Below are positions 10,875 to 19,308 of a DNA stretch of 32,000 nt, one piece after another (position 1 is the first letter of the stretch; each line of letters opens with the position of its first letter). The stretch is from Mycobacterium tuberculosis H37Rv (GTDB lineage Bacteria; Actinomycetota; Actinomycetes; Mycobacteriales; Mycobacteriaceae): contig NC_000962.3 of assembly GCF_000195955.2 (NCBI RefSeq), positions 3,060,001 to 3,092,000 on the forward strand, written 5' to 3'. The position numbers and the translations under genes were made by a program. The notes beneath the pieces were generated by a model. That model saw only the letters and a program-made list of their open reading frames with translations. It was not told the origin of the DNA and searched no databases.

Positions 10875-11270
10875 TCAGGTGCACGCGGGCCGGATATCGG
10901 TATGCGTGAAGTCATCGCCACGAAACAGCAGCGGCTCCCCGGTGACCTGGGCCAGGGCGTAGCTGTAGGTGTCGCCGAGGTTGAGACGGGCCGGATGGCC
11001 GCTGCCGCGGCCGTAGTCGCGATACGCCTGCGCGGCCACGCGGGCTTGGTCGGCGTCGACGGCTTCGACCTGGATTCCGTAGTCGTCCAGCAAACGGTCC
11101 ACCAATCGAGAGATCTCCGGCCGGTCCCGCCGCTGCATGATCGCGCACAGTTCGACGTAGTTGGGCGCGGACATTCGGGAGTTCGGTGACCGCTCCAGCG
11201 CCTCCTTGAGCACCTGCGCGCCCGATTCCCCGCTCACGATGGCGACGATGGCCGACGTATCGACGATCAC
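10875..11270 (-). CDS. vapC42: VapC-family PIN-domain toxin, 131 aa (Rv2759c-like)
   Basis: MIVDTSAIVAIVSGE, MSAPNYVELCAIM, LNLGDTYSYALA, LLFRGDDFTHTDI: full set of PIN acidic motifs. Confidence 0.93.
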   Translation of the reverse strand: MIVDTSAIVAIVSGESGAQVLKEALERSPNSRMSAPNYVELCAIMQRRDRPEISRLVDRLLDDYGIQVEAVDADQARVAAQAYRDYGRGSGHPARLNLGDTYSYALAQVTGEPLLFRGDDFTHTDIRPACT

Positions 11271-11536
11271 CGGGGCAGACCGCTGTCATCGTAGAGGTCG
11301 ACCTCGTGTCGCCGAATCAGGCGCTTGTCGTCGTCGCTGAGCAGCTTGTCGAGGTCGCGCAGGGTCTGTTCGGCGGCGGCGCGCCGGGCCTCCGCGCGTG
11401 CCCTGTCCTCGCGGTCCAACTCCGAGAGGCGGCGCGCGACGGCGTCCTCGACAGCAGCCGTCTGGTTGGTGCCGGTGCGTGCGGCCAGTTCCCGCACCAG
11501 CGCCACGGTGCGCTGGCTCTTGATATTGAGGCTCAT
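11267..11536 (-). CDS. vapB42: VapB-family antitoxin, 89 aa (Rv2760c-like)
   Basis: MSLNIKSQRTVALVRELAARTGTNQTAAVEDAVARRL, PSK-like antitoxin pattern; ATGA overlap with the toxin gene. Confidence 0.9.
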   Translation of the reverse strand: MSLNIKSQRTVALVRELAARTGTNQTAAVEDAVARRLSELDREDRARAEARRAAAEQTLRDLDKLLSDDDKRLIRRHEVDLYDDSGLPR

Positions 11537-11545
11537 GGTAGAAGG

Positions 11546-12640
11546 CTACCGGCCAGCGGGTAGACCATCTATCCCGGACATCAACAGCGGAAGCAGCGCA
11601 TCGCGGCAGGATGCCAGGCGTGCGGATTCAATCCGCCGCTCGTTGCACAGCGCACCCAGGTTCGCGATTGCGGCCGCGTGTCCGGGAGTCAACCGGCGCA
11701 CATCGCGCACCCAAACCCGCAACAGCTGGGTCGGTTGGATTCGTTGCCGGCTTCCCGTCATGCCCCCGACTAACTGCCGCAGTTCTGCCAGGACATCGGG
11801 TTGTCGCAGCGCCGCCCACAGGGCCGAAGTGTCGACGCCGACTGGCCGCAGCACGACGAACTCCGTACTCGCCAGCGCCATTTCCGACGGGAGGCTGGTG
11901 ATGTTCCAGATTCGCGGGATTCTTGGATTCAGTTTCGGGAACAACACACACGGCTGCGACACGACGAGCTTTGCGCTCCTGATCGTTCGCCCACCGACGC
12001 GACTGGGCTGGGCGCCGCCGTCGAATGCCGCGAAACTGTAATGGGCGACGGTGCTATCGAAGTGCTGCGCATCAAGACATGCGGTTGACCTGCTCGCCAG
12101 GCTCGACAACGGCACGTATGCAGAGAGCCGCCCGACGATCGCAAGCATCAACGCCTCGGCGGCTTCGATGACACGGTCGTTGGCGGCGATCTTGTCGTCG
12201 AAGGCGCCTAGGATCTCGCCGATTCGAGGGCGGTCGGGCGCGGCGACGGCCGATACCGAAACGTTCCGCAGAACACCCTGACTCAGCAGGGGCTGTCCCG
12301 ATCCGGCCCGATATCGGTTGAGCCCGAAACCCAGTAGCGCGTAATACCAATATCGGGTTTCCTCGGGCTTCTTGGCCCGACACGCCAGCGCGTTGTCGGT
12401 CACCCACACGTCGGAATCGCAATAGCGCAGGCTACCGCAGTACGAGCCGACGCGGCCGACGACGATCAGCGGGCCACGCGCGTTGTGTTGGGCGGAATAT
12501 CCGATAACCCCGTTTGCACCATAGACGGGATAGCGGCCGCCGGGCTCGCTCGCTGGCGACGTATGGCCAGACGTATGGCCATTCGAGAAGTCGAGATGGT
12601 CCCCTAGCCTTACCTTTTCGACTTTCTCGACGCGGCTCAT
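11546..12640 (-). CDS. hsdS: Type I restriction-modification specificity subunit HsdS, two TRDs, 364 aa (Rv2761c-like)
   Basis: VRLGDHLDFSNGHTS...YPVYGANGVIGY...PLIVVGRVGSYCGSL (TRD1); conserved helices IGEILGAFDDKIAANDRVIEAAEAL and IANLGALCNERRIESARLASCRDALLPLLMSG. Confidence 0.92.
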   Translation of the reverse strand: MSRVEKVEKVRLGDHLDFSNGHTSGHTSPASEPGGRYPVYGANGVIGYSAQHNARGPLIVVGRVGSYCGSLRYCDSDVWVTDNALACRAKKPEETRYWYYALLGFGLNRYRAGSGQPLLSQGVLRNVSVSAVAAPDRPRIGEILGAFDDKIAANDRVIEAAEALMLAIVGRLSAYVPLSSLASRSTACLDAQHFDSTVAHYSFAAFDGGAQPSRVGGRTIRSAKLVVSQPCVLFPKLNPRIPRIWNITSLPSEMALASTEFVVLRPVGVDTSALWAALRQPDVLAELRQLVGGMTGSRQRIQPTQLLRVWVRDVRRLTPGHAAAIANLGALCNERRIESARLASCRDALLPLLMSGIDGLPAGR

Positions 12641-13056
12641 CCGTTAGTCCGCTTGGTGGCCGCGCACAGTTCCCCAGCCAGATCACCCCGGGTGGACACG
12701 GCGATCCCCCCCAATCCCAGCCACGACGCCATCGACGCCAGCTCGCCGGCCAACCCCTCGGCAACCGTGACCGGCGGTATGTCGAGTTCGCCAAGCACGC
12801 CCGCCACGGGCAAGCTGTCCGCGGCGCGGTCGGTTTTGCGGTCCACCCGCGCAACCGGGTGTCCGTCAAGGGGCCGCACGTAATACAAGTGCCGGCGTTT
12901 GGCCGCCACTGCCGCCGAATCCAGCTGCCGCACTTGGATTCGCGAGATCAGCCGCTTGCGGTCGGCACCGGCGATCGGGCCGGCCGACCCGGGTTCGGCG
13001 ACGCCTCCTACGACGACGGCCGCCCGGCGGTCCCACGCAGCAGTCGCGGCGCTCAT
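12637..13056 (-). CDS. Short protein (139 aa, Rv2762c-like) resembling only the C-terminal part of YcaQ-family winged-helix proteins; likely gene remnant
   Basis: RRHLYYVRPLDGHPVARVDRKTDRAADSLPVAG...VAEGLAGELASMASWLGLGGIAVSTRGDLAGEL matches the pattern of the YcaQ C-terminal region. The N-terminal two thirds are absent. Confidence 0.6.
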   Translation of the reverse strand: MSAATAAWDRRAAVVVGGVAEPGSAGPIAGADRKRLISRIQVRQLDSAAVAAKRRHLYYVRPLDGHPVARVDRKTDRAADSLPVAGVLGELDIPPVTVAEGLAGELASMASWLGLGGIAVSTRGDLAGELCAATKRTNG

Positions 13057-13129
13057 GAGCGCGCGCCGCGACGATGCAGTGGGGGTACCACCCGCTTGCG
13101 GGGGACGAAGCGATGAGGAGAAGCGGCGC

Positions 13130-13609
13130 TCATGAGCGGTGGTAGCTGTACAACCGGTACCGCAACCCGGACCGGCTGAAGCGCCACTCCCCCGTCTCGC
13201 CCCGCCATGTCTCGTCCAGCACGGGGGCCAGCGCGTCACCGGCTTCGCGCGGCAGGCCGATGTCGACCTCGGTAACCTCACATCTGGTCGCGTACGGCAG
13301 CGCCAGCGCATAGACTTGTCCGCCTCCGATCACCCACGTCTCCGGGCTGGTCAGCGCCTCCTCGAGTGAACCGACAACCTCAGCCCCGCTGGCCATAAAG
13401 TCAGCTTGGCGGCTCAGTACGACATTTCGCCGGCCGGGCAGCGGCCGGACTTTAGCCGGCAGCGAATCCCATGTGCGCCGGCCCATCACGATCGTGTGCC
13501 CCATGGTGATCTCCCGGAAATGCGCCTGGTCCTCGGGCAAGCGCCAGGGGATGTCGCCGCCGCGGCCGATGACACCCGATGTCGCTTGAGCCCAGATCAG
13601 CCCCACCAT
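13130..13609 (-). CDS. dfrA: Dihydrofolate reductase, 159 aa
   Basis: [59 protein letters not shown]. Confidence 0.97.
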
Positions 13610-13679
13610 CGTCACACGCGTCACTCCTTGATTCCGGCTTGAAGGCTGTCCGAGCCGACTTCATTGTCGTCGGCGCGCC

Positions 13680-14471
13680 TCATACCGCGACTGGAGCTTT
13701 GATCGCCGGATGCGGATCGTAGTTCTTCACAACGATGTCTTCATAGGTGTACTCGAAGATTGAATCCCGGTCGGCTAGAAGTAGTTTCGGATATGGCCGC
13801 GGCTCGCGGCTGAGCTGCAGCCGTACTTGCTCGACGTGATTGTCGTAGATGTGGCAGTCGCCACCGGTCCAGATGAACTCGCCGACCGACAAGCCGGCCT
13901 GGGCGGCCATCATGTGGGTGAGCAACGCATAGCTGGCGATGTTGAACGGCACACCCAGAAACAGGTCGGCGCTGCGTTGGTAGAGCTGACAGCTCAGCCG
14001 GCCATCGGCGACGTAGAACTGGAAGAACGCATGACAGGGCGGCAGCGCCATCCGCTCGATTTCGCCGACGTTCCAGGCCGACACGATGATGCGCCGGGAA
14101 TCGGGATCGGTGCGCAGCAAATCCAGCGCCGCGCTGATCTGGTCGATGTGCTCACCGGATGGAGCCGGCCACGATCGCCATTGTACACCGTAGATCGGCC
14201 CGAGTTCGCCTGTATCACTTGCCCATTCGTCCCAGATGGTGACTCCGTGCTCGTGCAGCCAACCGATATTGGAATCGCCGCGCAAAAACCACAGCAGCTC
14301 GTAGGCTACCGATTTGAAATGGACTTTCTTGGTAGTGAGCAGCGGGAAACCGGCCGACAAATCATAGCGCATCTGCTGGCCGAACAGGCTGCGGGTTCCG
14401 GTGCCGGTGCGGTCGGATTTGGGCGTACCCGTTTCGAGCACGAAGCGCAGCAGGTCCTCGTATGGCGTCAC
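13680..14471 (-). CDS. thyA: Thymidylate synthase ThyA, 263 aa
   Basis: [14 protein letters not shown] (catalytic Cys), [24 protein letters not shown]. Thr at residue 202 in the 263-aa numbering. Confidence 0.97.
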
Positions 14472-14494
14472 GATTGACACGCGGTCAGCCTAGC

Positions 14495-14576
14495 GGCGAT
14501 CGCAAGCGCGGCGAAGCCGCCGCAGCGACTCGCCGCCAAACAAACCCAGCGGGCGATCGCAAGCGCGGCGAAGCCG
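14495..14576. repeat. 25-nt direct repeat GGCGATCGCAAGCGCGGCGAAGCCG, two copies (14495-14519, 14552-14576)
   Basis: Identical copies seen directly, 57 bp apart, between thyA and Rv2765-like. Confidence 0.9.
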
Positions 14577-14635
14577 GGCACAGCGAGTCGACGGGAATAC
14601 ACCCAGATCCGCGCCACAGGAGTACAACGGAGGCC

Positions 14636-15373
14636 ATGCCGAAAACCACCGACACCGCCGCTACTCCTGACGGCACCTGCGCCGTGCGTCTGTTCACTCC
14701 CGATGGTCCGGGCCGCTGGCCCGGTGTGGTGATGTTTCCTGACGCCGGCGGCGTTCGGGACACCTTCGACCGGATGGCCGCCAAGCTAGCCGGATTCGGT
14801 TACGTGGTTCTGCTTCCCGACGTGTACTACCGCGAAGGCGACTGGGCTCCATTCGATATGAAGACCGCGTTCGGCGATCCGCAAGAACGCGCACGGATCA
14901 TGTTTATGATTGGCACCCTAACGCCCGACCGGGTAACCCGTGATGCCGATGCGCTTCTCAACTACCTGGCCAGCCGCCCGGAGGTGATCGGGGACCGCTT
15001 CGGTGTCTGCGGCTACTGCATGGGCGGGCGAATGTCGGTGGTGGTGGCCGGCCGCCTGCCGGATCGTGTCGCCGCCGCGGCAGCTTTCCACCCCGGCGGT
15101 TTGGTGGCCAACAGCCCGGACAGCCCGCACTTGCTGGCCGACCGGATCAGCGCCACCGTCTACATCGGCGGCGCGGAGAACGACCCGTCGTTCACCGCCG
15201 ACCACGCCGAGAAACTCGACAAAGCGTTCAGCGCGGCCGGCGTGCCGCACCGCATCGAGTGCTACCCGGCCGCCCACGGGTTCGCGGTCCCGGACAATCC
15301 GTCTTATGACGCCGCAGCCGACGAACGCCATTGGGCAGCAATGACAGAGACCTTCGGCGCAGCGCTCAACTAG
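14636..15373 (+). CDS. Dienelactone hydrolase family alpha/beta hydrolase, 245 aa (Rv2765-like)
   Basis: FPDAGGVRDTFDRMAAKLA, FGVCGYCMGGRMS (Cys nucleophile), YPAAHGFAVPDNPSYDAAA; RBS acggagg before the ATG. Confidence 0.92.
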   Translation: MPKTTDTAATPDGTCAVRLFTPDGPGRWPGVVMFPDAGGVRDTFDRMAAKLAGFGYVVLLPDVYYREGDWAPFDMKTAFGDPQERARIMFMIGTLTPDRVTRDADALLNYLASRPEVIGDRFGVCGYCMGGRMSVVVAGRLPDRVAAAAAFHPGGLVANSPDSPHLLADRISATVYIGGAENDPSFTADHAEKLDKAFSAAGVPHRIECYPAAHGFAVPDNPSYDAAADERHWAAMTETFGAALN

Positions 15374-15377
15374 CCCC

Positions 15378-15439
15378 GCCAAGCAGACGCAGAATCGCAT
15401 TAATCGCGCCCGGTTTGTGCGATTCTGCGTCTGCTTGGC
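15378..15439. terminator. Perfect 22-bp inverted repeat with 18-nt loop between convergent genes; candidate bidirectional terminator or dispersed palindromic repeat
   Basis: Left arm GCCAAGCAGACGCAGAATCGCA (15378-15399), right arm TGCGATTCTGCGTCTGCTTGGC (15418-15439). Confidence 0.6.
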
Positions 15440-15587
15440 AGCACCTCAGGCGCCGCGACGTCGATCCCGATGATGATTCAGCCGACGCCGGTCCGCGGTG
15501 CGCCCCGCGAGCTACGCGTCGAGTTGCGTCCGCGGCAGTGCGTGGACGCACTTTCCACGGGGCAAAGGCGCCCCTACACCGGCGCGG

Positions 15588-16370
15588 TCAATGCTCAGTG
15601 CTGGGTGCGGCCCGGAATCCCAGCGCGTTGCCGAGCAGTAGACCGCCGTCGATGATCATGGTTTCGCCGGTGATCCAGCTTGCGGCATCCGAAACCAGGA
15701 ACGCGACCGCGCTCGCTATGTCGGCCGGCTCCCCGATTCGTCCGAGCGCAATGGTCGCCGCCAACGGATCCTCGTGGTCCTTCCACAGCGCCTCGGCAAG
15801 CCTGGTGCGAACCACCCCGGGACAGATCGCATTCACCCGGATGCGCGGTGAAAGCTCCAGCGCCAGCTGCTTGGTGACGTGGATCAGCGCGGCTTTGGTC
15901 GCGTTGTACATGCCCATGGCCGGGGACTGGTGCATCCCGCCGATGGAGGCGGTGTTGACCACCGCGCCGCCGTGCTCGCCCATCCACGCCGTCACGACGA
16001 GCGAGGTCCACATCAGCGGTGCCCACAGGTTGACGTCGAAGATCTTGGCGAAGCGGGCGTGGTCCTGCTCGAGCAGCGGACCGTAAGCCGGGTTGGTTCC
16101 GGCGTTGTTGATCAGGATGTCAACGCTGCCGAAGCGCTCGAGGGTGAGGTCCACACAACGCCGGGCGGCATCCTCGTCGACCGCGTGTGCACCAACGCCC
16201 AGGGCGCGGTCGCCGACCTGTGCAGCAGCCTCGTCGGCAGCTTCCTGCCTGCGTGCGGTGAGCACCACATGGGCGCCGGCAGCTGCCAGCTGTTGGGCGA
16301 TGGCAAGCCCGATGCCTCGCGATGCGCCAGTAATTATGGCGGTGCGGCCGGTCAGATCCAGTGAGGTCAT
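15588..16370 (-). CDS. fabG5: Short-chain dehydrogenase/reductase FabG5-like, 260 aa (Rv2766c-like)
   Basis: MTSLDLTGRTAIITGASRGIGLAIAQQLA, YNATKAALIHVTKQLA, GETMIIDGG. Confidence 0.9.
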   Translation of the reverse strand: MTSLDLTGRTAIITGASRGIGLAIAQQLAAAGAHVVLTARRQEAADEAAAQVGDRALGVGAHAVDEDAARRCVDLTLERFGSVDILINNAGTNPAYGPLLEQDHARFAKIFDVNLWAPLMWTSLVVTAWMGEHGGAVVNTASIGGMHQSPAMGMYNATKAALIHVTKQLALELSPRIRVNAICPGVVRTRLAEALWKDHEDPLAATIALGRIGEPADIASAVAFLVSDAASWITGETMIIDGGLLLGNALGFRAAPSTEH

Positions 16371-16720
16371 TTGGCTTGCCTTCGGTTGCTGTGGTGGCCG
16401 GACTCCGCCGGCGGGGAGCGTCGGTAGCGCCCCCGCACCGTATGCGACAAGAATGCTAGCGAAATCAAACCCCACGAAACCACCGGTAGTGGTGGTGCTA
16501 TCGCGATTGCCGTAGCCTGCACAACCTCACGCCAGACTTGAGCCACTGCGACCATCTGCGGCGTGTCGCGTGCGTGGTTTAAGTGTCGCGAACGGCGAGG
16601 CCTTACAGCCTCATGATTCCGAATGATTCCGAACGGTATCCGGCTTGAACGTGCCCCAGCTGTGGCGGATTCTGACATTTCTCGGCCAGCCCGGCCACGG
16701 GCACCCTCGTAACCAACCAT
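16367..16720 (-). CDS. Hypothetical protein, about 117 aa (Rv2767c-like)
   Basis: Open frame with ATGA overlap to fabG5. No recognisable domain and arginine/proline-rich composition; may not be a real gene. Confidence 0.35.
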   Translation of the reverse strand: MVGYEGARGRAGREMSESATAGARSSRIPFGIIRNHEAVRPRRSRHLNHARDTPQMVAVAQVWREVVQATAIAIAPPLPVVSWGLISLAFLSHTVRGRYRRSPPAESGHHSNRRQAK

Positions 16721-16893
16721 TTCGCCGCTAGCGAGCCCGGCGGGGGCGGCTGCGACGCCATGGCTCCGGCGGCTTGATTGACGGTCCGGGCGGCGTCGGT
16801 TGCGGCCCCACCGTCGGTTGCCGCACCGGCCACGCCTGGCGGGTCGCTGTGCGGGACATAGCCGGCCGGCCCGGTCGATGGGCCACAGGCCAA

Positions 16894-18078
16894 TCAGACG
16901 ACGACCTGTTTGGGCATGACGATGGGCTTGAACCCGTACCGAGGCCCGGCATAGGCACCGGCTCCTTTGGCCGCCCCAGAAATCCCCGCCATACCCGGCA
17001 TTGCGGCGACTGGCCCGGCTTCCTCGGGGACCGCCCAGCCCGAGCCCTCCAGTGCCGTGGTACCAGACGTCATGGCCGGAGCAGCGGTCGACCAACCGGC
17101 CGGGACCGACAGGCCACCGACCGAGGACGCCTCGCCCAGACTCGCCGTCAGCGAGGCCCCACCAACGCCCACTGGCGTCACCGTGTGCGCCAAACCAGCT
17201 GCTGCCGCGGCAGCTGGAACGGCATCGGCGGCTGCGGTCACGGTTGCCGGGTTTAGGGCAGCAAAGGCGTGTCCGAGGAATACCGCGTTGGGGATGGTGG
17301 CCATGACGAACCAGGCGGTGGTGTTGACCGCGCCGTTGATCGCGTTCTGAACAAACGTGATACCGAGCAGCTCCTCAATGTCCTGAATGATTCCGCCTAA
17401 TCCCGCCGCGTCGGCCGCCGATGTCAGGGGCGAAGCGAACCCCATTACCGCGTTCGGCAGGTTGCTGATCAGCGATCCCAGCCCCACCTGTTGGACCGTG
17501 CTGGCGGCAGCGGCATGGCTGACCGCGGCGGCCTGACCGGCCAGCCCGGCCATGTTGGCGGTCTGGGAGGGCGTGATCAACGGGTTCAACCTCCCCGCCG
17601 CCGCCGAGGAGGCCGCGTAACCGTACATCGCCAGTGCGTCTTGAGCCCACATTTCGCCGTAGTGAGCCTCGGTCGCCATGATCGCCGGTGTGTTTTGACC
17701 CAGGACGTTGGTCGCCACCAGTGCCGCGAGCAGAGCCCTGTTGGCAGCGACCTCCGCCGGCGGAACCGTCATGGCGAACGCCGCCTCAAAGGCGGCCGCC
17801 GACGCCATGGCCTGTGCAGCCGCATGGGCCGCCGATTCAGCGGTGTAGGTCAACCAGGCCAAATAAGGCTGGGCAGCAACGACCATCGACATCGACGCCG
17901 GACCCAGCCACTGTTCGGTAGTCAACTGCATGATCACCGACTCGACGGACGATGCTGTAGTGCTCAACTCGACGGCCAGGCCGTTCCACGTCGCCCCGGC
18001 GGCCATCAGGGGTGCTGCGCCGGCACCGGCGTACATTCGTGTGGAGTTGATTTCCGGGGGTAAAGCTCCAAAATCCAT
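16894..18078 (-). CDS. PPE43: PPE family protein, PPE-SVP subgroup, 394 aa
   Basis: MDFGALPPEINSTRMYAGAG...AATWNGLAVEL, GLSVPAGWSTAAP, C-terminus GPRYGFKPIVMPKQVVV. Confidence 0.93.
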   Translation of the reverse strand: MDFGALPPEINSTRMYAGAGAAPLMAAGATWNGLAVELSTTASSVESVIMQLTTEQWLGPASMSMVVAAQPYLAWLTYTAESAAHAAAQAMASAAAFEAAFAMTVPPAEVAANRALLAALVATNVLGQNTPAIMATEAHYGEMWAQDALAMYGYAASSAAAGRLNPLITPSQTANMAGLAGQAAAVSHAAAASTVQQVGLGSLISNLPNAVMGFASPLTSAADAAGLGGIIQDIEELLGITFVQNAINGAVNTTAWFVMATIPNAVFLGHAFAALNPATVTAAADAVPAAAAAAGLAHTVTPVGVGGASLTASLGEASSVGGLSVPAGWSTAAPAMTSGTTALEGSGWAVPEEAGPVAAMPGMAGISGAAKGAGAYAGPRYGFKPIVMPKQVVV

Positions 18079-18157
18079 TTTCCCTATCCCTCTATTGATC
18101 TCTATTGATCGAAATTCGCTACTTCTCAAGTGCGGGCAACCGCGTCGAGGCCGCCCC

Positions 18158-18985
18158 CTATACCGCCGGCTTGGGCACGACGATGGGTTTGGCGCCGTAG
18201 CGTGGCGCACCGAAGCCCGCGCTGCTGCGCGTCGCCGAGGCCAACCCCGGCATCCCGGGAATGACCGTCCCCGCGGCACCATGCGGTGCCGCGGTGGTCC
18301 AGCCAGCGCCCTGCAGTGTGCTGGTGCTCGATACCAGGTTGGCCTGTCCCGCCCAGCTGGGCGGCACCGACAATGCGCCGATTGACGACGCCCGACTAAG
18401 GCCGGCGGCTAGCGGAGCCGCACCCAGACCGGCCGCGATCGGCGCCTCGCCGACGGCCGCCTCCGCCGCCCCCAGCTCCGATAGGCCCGCGCCCTCCAAG
18501 CCCTCCTCGAGGGCGGCTTCCTCGGCAGCCGGAAGAAGACCACCGCTGGCCAGCCCTAGCAAGTCCGACGCGGCGGAGGCCCAGTTCCCAGCCCCAATGT
18601 TGAAGATATTGGCAATATCTGAAATCCAGGAGGGCACCTTCCCGGGCGTGGAACCCAAGATGCTCGCGATACCCGACAACGGCGAAGCGGCCGCGGATGA
18701 GTTGGCGGCCTCGGTGGCCGCATAGGTGCCAGCGCTGACCCCCAGGGTCTTCACAAACAGGTCGTATACCGCAGCTGCTTCAGCACTGACCTGCTGGTAG
18801 AGAGTGCCGTACGCGGTGAACAACGGCGCCTGTAGCACTGATATCTCATCAGCGGCGGCGGGAATCACGCCCGTGGTGGTCGGGGCGGCCGCGGCCGCGT
18901 TCTGGGCGACCATCGCCGAGCCGATGGTCTCGAGCTTGCCGGCCGCAGCCGCCAACTCTTCAGGCTGTGTCGTCAGGAATGACAT
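18158..18985 (-). CDS. PE27: PE family protein with PPE-SVP-like C-terminal tail, 275 aa
   Basis: MSFLTTQPEELAAAAGKLETIGSAMVAQNAAAAAPTTGVIPAAADEIS-type PE head; tail IGALSVPPSWAG... APRYGAKPIVVPKPAV. Confidence 0.92.
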   Translation of the reverse strand: MSFLTTQPEELAAAAGKLETIGSAMVAQNAAAAAPTTTGVIPAAADEISVLQAPLFTAYGTLYQQVSAEAAAVYDLFVKTLGVSAGTYAATEAANSSAAASPLSGIASILGSTPGKVPSWISDIANIFNIGAGNWASAASDLLGLASGGLLPAAEEAALEEGLEGAGLSELGAAEAAVGEAPIAAGLGAAPLAAGLSRASSIGALSVPPSWAGQANLVSSTSTLQGAGWTTAAPHGAAGTVIPGMPGLASATRSSAGFGAPRYGAKPIVVPKPAV

Positions 18986-19036
18986 CGATTGCTCCTCATA
19001 TGACTAAGCCAGCAGGGCTAGAAACCTGTGAATTAT

Positions 19037-19066
19037 CTGATCAGTCCCTGCCGAATAGCTGATCAG
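19037..19066. promoter_or_regulatory. Pair of 8-bp palindromes CTGATCAG, start-to-start 22 bp, upstream of PE27
   Basis: CTGATCAG at 19037-19044 and 19059-19066, embedded in similar flanks (ctgatcagTCCCTG / ctgatcagGTCCTG). Confidence 0.4.
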
Positions 19067-19308
19067 GTCCTGTGTTTAGATAAGGCTAACGATCCACACC
19101 TCCGCAAGCCCGATCAAAAGGCGCAAGCGCAGAATTCATTTACGGCTTATTTACGCCGGCACCGGCAGTCTTAACACGATCCTTTTGAGCGTGGCACCTG
19201 ACCGCTCGCCGCAGCAGCGAAATGAAACACGCGCCGCGGGAGGGTTAGCGCAATGTGGCCGCGGCGGCGCGCTGGTCGGCCGCGTGCGCTTGTCTCGGTG
19301 TCTCCAGA

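Noticed and set aside
15440-15587. Possible coding remnant between the inverted repeat and fabG5
   Set aside because: Short frames only (about 61 aa) with no motif I recognise; not enough evidence to call a gene or relic.
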